Virus record (IMG/VR): IMGVR_UViG_3300024264_001700
Coordinates: 1-64,000 of that record
DNA length: 64,000 nucleotides
Direction: 5' to 3' (one strand)
DNA from: a virus
This document shows, piece after piece, positions 37,029 through 47,143 of the stretch. Within the stretch, counting starts at the first letter, position 1; each line of letters opens with the position of its first letter. Position numbers and translations under genes: made by a program. The notes below the pieces were generated by a model. The model saw nothing but the letters and a program-made list of their open reading frames with translations, was not told where the DNA came from and searched no databases.

Positions 37029-37982
37029 TTATAAAGATTCTTTTATAAATTTATCTCTTTTTAATTTTTTACAAACTTGCTCACACCTTGGCAGGGGAGA
37101 GTTAGTATTCCACGAACTTATAATCTCATTCCATATGTTGCTAGATATTGCTTCGTCAATACCTACTTCATTTAGATTTATAGTATTTTTATAATCGTGA
37201 TCATTCAATAACTGTTCAAAATTATCTTTAATTATACCACTTGTATTGTATTCTAGCATTTTACTATTTAAATGACAACAAGGTATTATATTACCTGTAT
37301 GATTAATAAAAATTCTGTTCTGATCTTTATATTTACAACTTATATAAGATTCTTCTTGAACATTGTCAATCTGTTCTTGCTTAGGCGTTACAGACTTTGT
37401 ATCTTTTCTATGACTTATAATAGTTTTAAAATCTTTAAAACCTTCAGTCTTTGCTAAATCTTTTGCAGTGTCTAATTGATGTTCGTTATGTTCAAACACA
37501 ATAAACTGCCAAACAGCCTTGCCTCCAGCAGCAATAAATGCTTTATAATTTTGTTCTACTTTTTTAAAACTTGAACCTTCTCTATATACTTCGCTTAATT
37601 CATCACTGCCGTCAATCCCCCATGTCACTCTATGACTATTCGGCAATCTTTCAGCAAGCTCTGCCCACCATTTCGCAGTCCGTAAACTACCGTTAGTAGC
37701 AATATTGATATGACAGTTCCATTCTGCAAAATGATCTATTATTTCAAAGAATTGAGGATGAGTAGTAGGTTCGTCTACACTACCACAAAAATTTATTATC
37801 TTAATATTAGGAAACTGTTCTTTTTTGAATCGAGTTTTGATAGTTTCTAAATCAATATAACTTTTGTTTAAAATTTTATCTGCTTGATTAGATATAACTC
37901 TAAAACAGCCTTTGCATTGTATATTACAAAAACTAGTAAGTTCAATATCAATCCATTCTATAGTATCCATTGACCACATCAC
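37029..37982 (-). CDS. radical SAM enzyme with C-terminal twitch/SPASM (type B)
   Basis: ELTSFCNIQCKGC, CGSVDEP, WGIDG; C-terminal C...GNIIPCC...RCEQVC. Confidence 0.92.
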   Translation of the reverse strand: MMWSMDTIEWIDIELTSFCNIQCKGCFRVISNQADKILNKSYIDLETIKTRFKKEQFPNIKIINFCGSVDEPTTHPQFFEIIDHFAEWNCHINIATNGSLRTAKWWAELAERLPNSHRVTWGIDGSDELSEVYREGSSFKKVEQNYKAFIAAGGKAVWQFIVFEHNEHQLDTAKDLAKTEGFKDFKTIISHRKDTKSVTPKQEQIDNVQEESYISCKYKDQNRIFINHTGNIIPCCHLNSKMLEYNTSGIIKDNFEQLLNDHDYKNTINLNEVGIDEAISSNIWNEIISSWNTNSPLPRCEQVCKKLKRDKFIKESL

Positions 37983-39208
37983 AAGACCTCTGTAGGATTT
38001 ATAGGAGTACCGTTCGGTTCTTGAAATTCTGCATTATCAAAAACTTTCATATCAACATGTCTTGCTAATGTAGTTTTATAATTTTCTAAATGAACACTTT
38101 TAGGCGCACATAGGCCACATCCACATGTGTGTTTAGGACACACTACTGTAGGCATAGTGCCGCTAGAAAGTTTTTCTTTCAAATCAGCAATAATTTTTTT
38201 GCCTTCACTTATTTTTCCTATAGGTCCTCTTGTCTGATCGAATTTTGCTTGGCAAGTTTGATGATGGAATACACTATCAGTTTGTTGTTCTAGATGTAAG
38301 AAGAACCAATTGACACTACAATTCCATCCTTTGAAATTTCTAAAATCTACAAATGTACCTTTACGTTCTTCGCCTTTTGCACTTAAACACATTTCTCTAC
38401 TGCCGCAACACGGTCTTCCGATAGCCCAGCCATCTTTCTTTTCTACTTTGTGTTTTTCATTTTGTGCTTCTCCTGCTGCACTAAGAGTTGCTGCAACTTC
38501 TTTTTCGTCATTTAGTTTGGCATTTTTATATTTCCAATAATTTTTCATATAGTCAAGTTGTTCGTCTGTGTATAAGTGTGAAAAATTACTTCTACTACCT
38601 GCTTCTTCACCAATTACTCTAGGAACATATGCAACACCATTTTTATGCAAGAAATCACAAAGTTCTTTACACTCATCAAAATATGCAGCATGAAACATTA
38701 CATTTACACTTACTGAACAATCATTGTCAGGACCTTGTGTATGAAATTGCATTATGCGATCACGTACTTGTTGTTTTAATTTGTCATCACTTTCAGAATG
38801 ATAACTTATAGTTGCATGTGATACATGCTTCATTACAGCAGTTGCCATCTTTTCACTCATTGCACCATTAGTAGTAAGCGCAAATCCTGCAATCCACTTA
38901 TCAGAATATTTTTCTTCATATGTCTTTTGTAAATACTGTAGGAAAGGAATAAAATTAGGATTTACAGTAGGCTCTCCTCCTGTAAAACTTATATTAGTTT
39001 CTTTATGATTTCTATGCTCCATGTATGTATCAATATACTCAAATAAGAAATCAGTATTAGCTTTTAATTCATCTAAAGTTGCATGTTTGCTAAAATTGTC
39101 ATGCCTATGTGCAGGACAGTAAGAACAATCGTAATTGCATCTTCTTCCGACATCCCATGTAACTTGAAAAACATTACCCGTAAGTAAATCTACTGTATCA
39201 AAACTCAT
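37979..39208 (-). CDS. radical SAM enzyme (type C)
   Basis: WDVGRRCNYDCSYC, TGGEPT; Cys-rich C-terminus RPCCG, FKGWNC, CPKHTCGCGLC. Confidence 0.93.
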   Translation of the reverse strand: MSFDTVDLLTGNVFQVTWDVGRRCNYDCSYCPAHRHDNFSKHATLDELKANTDFLFEYIDTYMEHRNHKETNISFTGGEPTVNPNFIPFLQYLQKTYEEKYSDKWIAGFALTTNGAMSEKMATAVMKHVSHATISYHSESDDKLKQQVRDRIMQFHTQGPDNDCSVSVNVMFHAAYFDECKELCDFLHKNGVAYVPRVIGEEAGSRSNFSHLYTDEQLDYMKNYWKYKNAKLNDEKEVAATLSAAGEAQNEKHKVEKKDGWAIGRPCCGSREMCLSAKGEERKGTFVDFRNFKGWNCSVNWFFLHLEQQTDSVFHHQTCQAKFDQTRGPIGKISEGKKIIADLKEKLSSGTMPTVVCPKHTCGCGLCAPKSVHLENYKTTLARHVDMKVFDNAEFQEPNGTPINPTEVL

Positions 39209-40598
39209 TAAATATATCCTTCATTTCTGGAAATGTTTCCGCAAAAGTAATTCCACGTTGTTTGTCACATAAGCCTAAAAATTCTTGCATCTCTGGCAAG
39301 CGTCTACTCCAGTCTTCACTTTCCATAAAACTAAGTATTCCGTCTAGTCTTTTTATACCATATTCAGCTTGCATAAAATCCTCTTTAGTAACTTTACCCT
39401 TGTGCCAGCTAGGAATGCCCAACTCCCAATTTTCTTCCCACCATGGATACCAGGCTTCGTATTTTGCTCTACATTCTTCTTTGAACCATTTAGGTAATAC
39501 TTTTACGTTTAAATGAGCAGGCCAATATACAAAGTGCTGACTAATGCCGCCAGCGCCAAATGGCCACATATTAATCTTCTTAAACTTTTGTTCTAATTTC
39601 CATTGTATAAAGTCTGGCAAGTAATATACATTAAGAGCTTGTACAGCAGCAGCAATAGTAACTTCTACATTATCACTTGTTTGTGTATCCAACAAATGGA
39701 ACACTTCTTCTTGTCTTGACCACTTGCTAGGATAACGAATGTAGTCGTTCATTTCTTTAATGCTATCTATCGAATAGTGGAAACGAACAAGTTTGAATTC
39801 TTTCCATAGATCGAATAAATCCGCTCTCCATTCAACTCCGTTTGAGTTATAACGCAGTTCAAGATCTTTTGCATAGCCCATTTTAATTGCATGTTCGAGT
39901 ATTTCGTAGTGTTCTTCAATAATTAAACTTTCGCCGCCGGCAAAATATATTTGCTGCATACTAGGCATTTGCTCGTAGAACTGTTTCCAAAATGTAGGAT
40001 TTTGTTTATGCCAATTATAACTACTGCCATTAGTACTGCCTTTATCTGCCCAGCCCATAATCTCTTTAAGACTTTCGTTTTTAACAGCAGGGAACATTGC
40101 TTTCCAGTCTTTGATCCATCCACTACTATCATGTGGGCTACACATTACACACGCAAGCTGGCACTTAGTACCAAACCGCAAATCAATATATGCAAGATTA
40201 GGCGGAACACTGCCATCCTCATTTGTATCTGCAAGTATTTTATCTATATCAACACGCTTGCTCCAATAATTTGTTTCCCACATACGTTTACTACGATGTC
40301 CTGCTGCCTCTTCTTTATAGCATTTTAAACAACTAGGAGGCTTTTCGCCTGCAAGCATTTGCTTACGCACATTTTTCATGTATGTGCTATTCCATGCAGT
40401 TTCAAAATCACTTACATTTAGATTGTTGGGCTTACCATCTTCAGTTTTAAGTATTCCAACTTGACCACCATGTTCTTTATCATTAGTAGGACCAACACTA
40501 CTTGCGTTTGCTGTACAGCATACACGCATACTTCCGTCTGGTCTTGTGCTTAGATGCACCCAAGGTAATAAACAAAATGTGTCTGATATATGTTTCAT
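39198..40598 (-). CDS. N-terminal twitch-domain radical SAM enzyme (type A)
   Basis: FCLLPWVH...RVCC...WNS...CLKCY followed by DLRFGTKCQLACVMC, AGGES. Confidence 0.93.
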   Translation of the reverse strand: MKHISDTFCLLPWVHLSTRPDGSMRVCCTANASSVGPTNDKEHGGQVGILKTEDGKPNNLNVSDFETAWNSTYMKNVRKQMLAGEKPPSCLKCYKEEAAGHRSKRMWETNYWSKRVDIDKILADTNEDGSVPPNLAYIDLRFGTKCQLACVMCSPHDSSGWIKDWKAMFPAVKNESLKEIMGWADKGSTNGSSYNWHKQNPTFWKQFYEQMPSMQQIYFAGGESLIIEEHYEILEHAIKMGYAKDLELRYNSNGVEWRADLFDLWKEFKLVRFHYSIDSIKEMNDYIRYPSKWSRQEEVFHLLDTQTSDNVEVTIAAAVQALNVYYLPDFIQWKLEQKFKKINMWPFGAGGISQHFVYWPAHLNVKVLPKWFKEECRAKYEAWYPWWEENWELGIPSWHKGKVTKEDFMQAEYGIKRLDGILSFMESEDWSRRLPEMQEFLGLCDKQRGITFAETFPEMKDIFNEF

Positions 40599-40605
40599 AT
40601 GAATT

Positions 40606-41904
40606 CTATTCTTTTTTTCCAATTGCGTAACTATTTACTGGGCGGAGAAGGTTTGATGTATTAGATACATAACGTTCTTTATTAGGGTACATATCGTATA
40701 ATTCATCTATCATACCTTGCATGTGTGGAAATAGTCTGTCCCAATCAGTTTCTGGTCTTTTAATTTTAAAATATGAATATGCTATATCATAATCGTATGC
40801 TGTAGAATCGTTTATCTTTGTACCAATTAAATTTTGAATTTTTTCTAGGTGCGGTATTAGATAATTTAATTTATTTTTGTTACAAAAATCTATAGCTTTA
40901 TTTTGATCTTCTTTAAAATGCTCGGGCATTCCCATAATATGCATACCAGGTTCTACTGCATAATTAAATCCTTCGCCCGGTCGAAAAAACTCTTTTGTTT
41001 TTTCTAGGCCAAAATTGTCTAGATAAAATTCTATATCATCTTTAAAATATGGAGCACTATATACACTCAAAGTGTTAGCAATTCTAACATTAATATTGCT
41101 AAAATTATTATCCAAAACAAAGTTTAAATTTTTCATAGCACGTTCCCAATTTAGGCCGTGTCTAATTGCTTCAGATCTACCTTCTACAGAATCAAGGCTA
41201 ACAGTAAATCCACATTGTACGTCTTTATTATCTCTAAATAATTTAATGTATTCGTTAAAAACTTTTTCTTTGGTATTAAAATTTGTATGAAGTACAATTT
41301 CTAAATTTTTATTAGGTACAATACTAATAATTTGTTTTATTAGTTCAAGATTGTGAGGATTGTATGTGGGCTCGCCGCCGGATATTATAAAGAAATAAGG
41401 CGTATTAGGATCATACTTTTTATTTTTTAAATAGGTAATAAAATTATTAAAAGCTGCATTAAACCATTCACTGTTAGGTCTTATAGTAGGAACTCCTACT
41501 TCTTTTGCCCAACTCGAACTGTCTTTAGGTGCGCAATATACACATTTTAAATCACACGCACTGCTAAGATTGATAGTAAATCTATTAACAATATCTTCGG
41601 TTAATAATTTTTGTTTAAAATCTTCGTTTAAAAATGTATCTGTCCAATGATTTCTATTATCAAAAAAACTATGAGGTAGAAATTTAATACATCCACTACA
41701 TCCCGATTCTGGCAGCTTATTATCAAGTACCATAGATTCTCTGCGGCTTTGTAATTCAGCATTATTAAATAAAATATTAGGATCTTTAAAATCTTCTATA
41801 CTCAATCTAACTTTGTTTGCTTTGCAACAGTTCGTTATACTATTTTGTATAAATCTTAAATCCATACTTTTAAATAATTCACTGCAAATATACTGTTTGC
41901 TCAT
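40606..41904 (-). CDS. N-terminal twitch-domain radical SAM enzyme (divergent type A)
   Basis: IC...NCCK...CSGC, then SACDLKCVYC, SGGEPT. Confidence 0.88.
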   Translation of the reverse strand: MSKQYICSELFKSMDLRFIQNSITNCCKANKVRLSIEDFKDPNILFNNAELQSRRESMVLDNKLPESGCSGCIKFLPHSFFDNRNHWTDTFLNEDFKQKLLTEDIVNRFTINLSSACDLKCVYCAPKDSSSWAKEVGVPTIRPNSEWFNAAFNNFITYLKNKKYDPNTPYFFIISGGEPTYNPHNLELIKQIISIVPNKNLEIVLHTNFNTKEKVFNEYIKLFRDNKDVQCGFTVSLDSVEGRSEAIRHGLNWERAMKNLNFVLDNNFSNINVRIANTLSVYSAPYFKDDIEFYLDNFGLEKTKEFFRPGEGFNYAVEPGMHIMGMPEHFKEDQNKAIDFCNKNKLNYLIPHLEKIQNLIGTKINDSTAYDYDIAYSYFKIKRPETDWDRLFPHMQGMIDELYDMYPNKERYVSNTSNLLRPVNSYAIGKKE

Positions 41905-42866
41905 TCTATACCGGCCTTGTCTTTAGCCCAATTTCTTTCAAGGCACCAAAAACATTCGCCACATTCAGAAATATCTTTATTATTTACATAGGAATACCAT
42001 AAATGATCCATACCCAATAATTTGTAATTTGATGACGGTCCTTCGCAACTCCTAGTAGTGTTAAGTAATTCGATAATATCAAAATTCTTATATTGCTCAA
42101 TTATCCAATCTTTTTCAACTAATGTAAATGGTTCCATAACCCAATGTGCAGAATCAGTTCTTACAAAACATAATTTTTTGATAAGATAAGGTACATTGTC
42201 TCTATTAGTCATTCCACTTGTAATATCATCAGAGGAAGGATTTTTTGTAGTAGCATTAAAACATGCATAATACTTATTTTTGTATGCTATATATCTATTA
42301 AATGAAGCCACAAGGATTTGATCTGCACTACGCCCTTCTATTATATCACCTATTGTGCCGTGTTCTAATTCAGGTGGAATATATGCAGATTCTTTTTTGC
42401 CAATAATATTAGGAAATCTATTCTTTAACCATTTATAAACATTGTCTGCAATATCTTCTTGCCATGGTTTATTGTCCCAACATCTTTTGTAATTAATTAT
42501 ATCTATTGTACTGTTATAATTGTTAGATTCTATAATTGTTGCTAATATGTATGTAAGCAAAGCACTATCTGCTCCGCCGCTTAAATTAATTCCTACCCTT
42601 GACCACTCAGGATTAAATGGAATAAGCAATCCATTTATGTTATGAGTCTTTAAACCTTTTTTGTAAGAATTATCTTGCAACTGACTAAAGACTGAGCTCC
42701 TATCTTCTGTCATTTTTTCATAATCTTCGTAATGATTATCGTCACCTAACAGATTATTTTTGTAGTAATCATTTAAACTTTTTTCAAGAAATTCAAAGCA
42801 GTCAAATTCTAAGTCATTATAAGGTAACCTATTATAAAGGTCGTTTATTTTATTAAGATCGTTCAT
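41901..42866 (-). CDS. QueC-like PP-loop ATPase
   Basis: INLSGGADS PP-loop; C-terminal TRSC...CGECFWCLER Zn motif. Confidence 0.75.
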   Translation of the reverse strand: MNDLNKINDLYNRLPYNDLEFDCFEFLEKSLNDYYKNNLLGDDNHYEDYEKMTEDRSSVFSQLQDNSYKKGLKTHNINGLLIPFNPEWSRVGINLSGGADSALLTYILATIIESNNYNSTIDIINYKRCWDNKPWQEDIADNVYKWLKNRFPNIIGKKESAYIPPELEHGTIGDIIEGRSADQILVASFNRYIAYKNKYYACFNATTKNPSSDDITSGMTNRDNVPYLIKKLCFVRTDSAHWVMEPFTLVEKDWIIEQYKNFDIIELLNTTRSCEGPSSNYKLLGMDHLWYSYVNNKDISECGECFWCLERNWAKDKAGIE

Positions 42867-43924
42867 TTGTTGTACTCCACTTGAATTTCGTTATGGTAAG
42901 CTTTATTTTTTGCGCAAGTTTTTATACATCTAGGTAAGTGTAAATCATTATAAGGATGCCAGCTTTCTGCTAATAGTTTTTTATACCACGGATGTTCTAA
43001 AACTTCATCTATACTTTTGTCTTTTAAGCTATTCCATCCATCGCCTTGTGTAGATAATTTTTCTAATATTTTATCTTTGTTTTCAAACGTGTTATCCCAA
43101 AGAAAGCAACAAGGCCATAAGGTTAAATCATTTGCTATAAAAATTTCGCCTTCGTGTATATATTTACAAGTAATACTATTAGTTATAGTTGAAATTTTTT
43201 CTTCATCAACTTTTGTGCGCTTATATTCTTCAATAAAATTGTCTAATTCTTTGACTACATCTACTTTACTATGTTGTTTTTTACCTGTTGTAGTAATTGT
43301 CTTTTCTGCTTGCTTATTTTTCTTACCTAATTTAACAAGCCAATCATGATAACTATTACGCATACCGGTACGAATAGCAAAATCAAAACCTAACGAGTCT
43401 GCATGTTTTCTTGCAGTTTCAAGTTCATGTTCGTTATGATCAAATACAATATATATCCACCCTGCAGATTTTTTTGCTGCTGTGTTTGCAAAAGCTTCCA
43501 TGTTGCGTTTTACAACATTCCATTTTGTATTTACACGATATATGTGATTTGTTTCTTTATGTCCATCTACACAAAAATGAACACGCAACTTACCAGGATT
43601 TTCTGCTGAAATAGATCCTAATTCTTTCCACCATTCAACAGTATTGTATCCTCCGTTTGTACTATACTCTACATAGCCGCCACAGCTAATAAGATATCTA
43701 GTCATTTCTAAACAATCAGGATTTACAATAGGGTCACCTAATACTCCGCAAAATTTGAATTCTACCCCTGAATAGTCATCAACAGGAAATAGTCTTTGCA
43801 AATCTTGCAATGAAAAACTATTTACTACTAATGTATCTATGTTTATTGTTCTAGCACAACCCGGACAAGCTGCATTACAATCACTTGTAATTTCAAGCTC
43901 GACTTTTTTTAGATCTTTTAACAT
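42863..43924 (-). CDS. radical SAM enzyme with C-terminal twitch/SPASM (type B)
   Basis: EITSDCNAACPGC, CGVLGDP, FCVDG; C-terminal C...LWPCC...RCIKTC; start refined. Confidence 0.92.
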   Translation of the reverse strand: MLKDLKKVELEITSDCNAACPGCARTINIDTLVVNSFSLQDLQRLFPVDDYSGVEFKFCGVLGDPIVNPDCLEMTRYLISCGGYVEYSTNGGYNTVEWWKELGSISAENPGKLRVHFCVDGHKETNHIYRVNTKWNVVKRNMEAFANTAAKKSAGWIYIVFDHNEHELETARKHADSLGFDFAIRTGMRNSYHDWLVKLGKKNKQAEKTITTTGKKQHSKVDVVKELDNFIEEYKRTKVDEEKISTITNSITCKYIHEGEIFIANDLTLWPCCFLWDNTFENKDKILEKLSTQGDGWNSLKDKSIDEVLEHPWYKKLLAESWHPYNDLHLPRCIKTCAKNKAYHNEIQVEYNK

Positions 43925-43943
43925 TAAAATATTTATAACACCA

Positions 43944-45023
43944 TTATTTAAACTGTTCGGAAAATGGATCAAACTCAACACCGCACTTCATTGAGCAAAC
44001 TTTTAATTTTCCGTTATCACAATTTTTTGTTTTCCAGCTGCGTTCTATGTTGTCAAATATACCTGTTTCAAATACAGCCTTTAATCCGTGCGTTTTAGCA
44101 TTGATTGCATCCTTGCCTCCTACAGCATCGATAAAGTCCCATACTTGTTCTTGCTTAGGATCTTTGTGCCACCATTTGTACATACGTCCAGCAGTCCAAC
44201 AACAAGGCATAGCAAGTCCTTCTGCTGTAATAAACAAACTACCTTCATCCTTTACTTTACAGTTGATAGGCACTACATCGTAATATGCATCCATACTACC
44301 ATATTTTTCAAGTAACATATCTTGTTTTGTTAATGCTTTGTTTTGATATTTTGCATCTGGTTTTTTAAGTTCTGTAGTTTCTTTACCTTTACGATCTTTA
44401 GCTTGATGTGATTCTTTCTTTTTGCTATTTGCTGTAATAAATCTACCTGTCTTCTTAGGTATAAATCTTTCACACCCCCATTTCTCAGCAAGTGCTTCAG
44501 CTTCTTCTACTTGATGTTGATTATGTTCAAATATTAAAAAGTCCCAACGTGCTCTGCCGCCGGCATCTATAAACGCCCGCATGTTACGCTCTACATTGTC
44601 CCAGTTTACGCCTTGTCGATAAAGATGATTAGTATCACGCAACCCGTCTACACTGAATATAACTGCGCCTTTGTTATTAATAACATGAGCAAGCTCTGAC
44701 CACCATTCAACACTCTTTGCTCCGGCGTTGGTATTCATACTTAACCACATTGTAGGATTATGTAGTCTAAAGTATTTGAATATATCAAGTGTGTCTCTTG
44801 CAACAATAGGATCGCCTAAGTTACCACACATATACATAGTACCTAACTGTTTTATAAATTCAGGCTCAAATATACGTTTGCAATCTTCTAGTGTAAGCTC
44901 ACTAAGATCGATATGAGGATTTAGTCCTTCGCCACTCATATTACGATCACACATAGGACAGTTGGCTTGACAATTCTGTGTGTTTTCTAAATGAATTGTT
45001 TTTATATCATAATAACTATACAT
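43944..45023 (-). CDS. radical SAM enzyme with C-terminal twitch/SPASM (type B)
   Basis: ENTQNCQANCPMC, CGNLGDP, FSVDG; C-terminal C...MPCC...VCSMKC. Confidence 0.92.
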   Translation of the reverse strand: MYSYYDIKTIHLENTQNCQANCPMCDRNMSGEGLNPHIDLSELTLEDCKRIFEPEFIKQLGTMYMCGNLGDPIVARDTLDIFKYFRLHNPTMWLSMNTNAGAKSVEWWSELAHVINNKGAVIFSVDGLRDTNHLYRQGVNWDNVERNMRAFIDAGGRARWDFLIFEHNQHQVEEAEALAEKWGCERFIPKKTGRFITANSKKKESHQAKDRKGKETTELKKPDAKYQNKALTKQDMLLEKYGSMDAYYDVVPINCKVKDEGSLFITAEGLAMPCCWTAGRMYKWWHKDPKQEQVWDFIDAVGGKDAINAKTHGLKAVFETGIFDNIERSWKTKNCDNGKLKVCSMKCGVEFDPFSEQFK

Positions 45024-45534
45024 GATCTAACCTTGAATAATATGTTTGTAAATTTGACATTAGATTTATTTGTGCCATGTAGTATTTTTCTGTGTATTCT
45101 AAATTATTAACAAATACATACGATTCAGGATCAATTATTCGAACTTTTCCATCTGTTGTTAAAACCATATTTGCTAATTGTAAGTCACAATTTACAAAAA
45201 ATTTATTATCTTCTAATTTCTTTGATGCTTCTATTGCTTGACTCCAACTATCATTAACTGTTGTAATAATATCGCAAATTACATTTTTGTTTATTAAATG
45301 ATAATATTCTTTTCGTTTTAATATGTTTTCAATATTATTAACAATATCTAATCTTTCCATAGTATATGTTTCGTGATCAACTAATTCAAAAACCTTTACA
45401 AGTGCAGGATTAATATCTGATAATTGTTTATAGTGTAAAATCCATTGCTCACCGATTTCTTGCCATTCGATATTTCTAACTTTTTTAATTACTATATCAT
45501 CTTTAAATGTTATAACTGATTGTTCTTCTATCAT
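45016..45534 (-). CDS. protein kinase/phosphotransferase-like protein
   Basis: YTMERL, CDLQLANMV (catalytic loop DxxxxN), IIDPES. Confidence 0.6.
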   Translation of the reverse strand: MIEEQSVITFKDDIVIKKVRNIEWQEIGEQWILHYKQLSDINPALVKVFELVDHETYTMERLDIVNNIENILKRKEYYHLINKNVICDIITTVNDSWSQAIEASKKLEDNKFFVNCDLQLANMVLTTDGKVRIIDPESYVFVNNLEYTEKYYMAQINLMSNLQTYYSRLDHV

Positions 45535-45755
45535 TCTGCTAATACCAATTTTATATCTTTGCCAGGCCCTACTTTACTAGGCAAATCTCCATATTGGGTT
45601 ATATACCATTCTATTACAGCACAATACCAATTTTGACTGTTATGGTGTGCTAGTTTATTAAACTGATGTATATTATTATTTGTTGCTTCCATAGTACTTA
45701 ATGCTCTTGCGCTTTCTATTTGCAATTCTCTAAGTGACAATTTTTCTAAATTCAT
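45531..45755 (-). CDS. hypothetical protein
   Basis: 74 aa, coupled on both sides. Confidence 0.7.
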   Translation of the reverse strand: MNLEKLSLRELQIESARALSTMEATNNNIHQFNKLAHHNSQNWYCAVIEWYITQYGDLPSKVGPGKDIKLVLAE

Positions 45756-46612
45756 TTTAAATACTCTATCATTTCTTTGTCAAGATAAATCATATCTTTT
45801 AAATTTTCTAATTGATCCTCAAATATTTTTAAATCTTTTAAATTATCATTATACAACTGTCTAGCAACTTTTTTATTATTTTTTACTATTATAACATCGA
45901 TCGATGTATTAATCAATCTAATTATCTCGTTAATATACAAATCAAATCTATTATCAACATTTTCATCAAAACTTAAATCACAATCAAAGGTAAATCCGTA
46001 CTCTATTAATTTTTTGTACATACCCGGATAACCGTAATTAAGAAAAGGTTTTCCACTTAATAATGGTCTAAATGTTTTTTCTGATATAAACAAATACGGA
46101 ACACCTGATATACTACATGTTTCTATTTGGAATTCATACAAACTACGATACCATTCTTTTGGCAGTGTTTTTTTAACATGATAGTGAGAAGTAACATCTT
46201 TCTCAGAAGGCAAAGATATATTTGGCCACAAACTATATACGCCCTGATTTAGCACCTCAGCAGATTTTAACCTAGATATTAATTTAGATCTAGTTGTACT
46301 AGCTGCTCCATTCATTGTTATGAATTTATAAGAGTTATTAGGAACATAATCTACTAAAGGACGTCCGTACATCCAAAACAAAGGAAAATTAATTATATTA
46401 TCCGATGCAGCAGATATACTTGAACAGTATATTTTAGAATTATTAATTACCGAAGAATTAATATTATGTCGCACAGTTAATTCTTCTAATGGTTCTGCTG
46501 AAATATCTATATAATTGTTTATTTCAAAAAACCTATCAAATAAATCTTGCCTATCTATAAACTTTTTATGTATGCAACAACTATGTAAATTAAGCTCACG
46601 TAGTGTTTTCAT
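45752..46612 (-). CDS. glycosyltransferase-like protein (GT10/fucosyltransferase-like motif)
   Basis: IET...FISEKTFRPLLSGKPFL...LIEYGF. Confidence 0.55.
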   Translation of the reverse strand: MKTLRELNLHSCCIHKKFIDRQDLFDRFFEINNYIDISAEPLEELTVRHNINSSVINNSKIYCSSISAASDNIINFPLFWMYGRPLVDYVPNNSYKFITMNGAASTTRSKLISRLKSAEVLNQGVYSLWPNISLPSEKDVTSHYHVKKTLPKEWYRSLYEFQIETCSISGVPYLFISEKTFRPLLSGKPFLNYGYPGMYKKLIEYGFTFDCDLSFDENVDNRFDLYINEIIRLINTSIDVIIVKNNKKVARQLYNDNLKDLKIFEDQLENLKDMIYLDKEMIEYLK

Positions 46613-47141
46613 TTAAAAATCCTGATACTTGTAAAGTATATTTGTTATTCATTCCAGCATTTGCACTTAAATGCAAATGATTACTATCCCAAACAAATCC
46701 CTGGTTTGCTTTCCAGTGTGTGCTACTATGCCAATCGTTGTTTATTTGATATTGTAAAAAATGTCCAACTTTCCAGTCTTCTAAATAAATGTTTGCACGT
46801 ACTTTGCGTCTAGTATCATTTGGAAACCTTTTGTTAATTTGAAAAAAAGTATCTCTATGTATAGGTATACTATTACCAGGTGGTTGTAATATAGTACTTA
46901 CCGTTACAACTTCCATCCGTAATTGATTTCCTAAATCTTTAAAATCAACTTGTTTTTCGTTCCACCAAAGTTGCCGTATCAAAGTATTACCGATATCATA
47001 GCTATCTGGAAATCCGCCATAGCTTTCATGTAAATCTTTAAGCTCATGTACTTGATGAGATATACAACTACCACTATGTACATTATAATCTGCACTGAGA
47101 AAAATATCAGTATTATAGTCAAGTGTTATTTCGTAAATCAT
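46596..47141 (-). CDS. Fe(II)/2OG oxygenase-like protein
   Basis: QPPGNSIPIHRD ... LHLSANAGMNNKYTLQV. Confidence 0.7.
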   Translation of the reverse strand: MIYEITLDYNTDIFLSADYNVHSGSCISHQVHELKDLHESYGGFPDSYDIGNTLIRQLWWNEKQVDFKDLGNQLRMEVVTVSTILQPPGNSIPIHRDTFFQINKRFPNDTRRKVRANIYLEDWKVGHFLQYQINNDWHSSTHWKANQGFVWDSNHLHLSANAGMNNKYTLQVSGFLNENTT

Positions 47142-47143
47142 TT

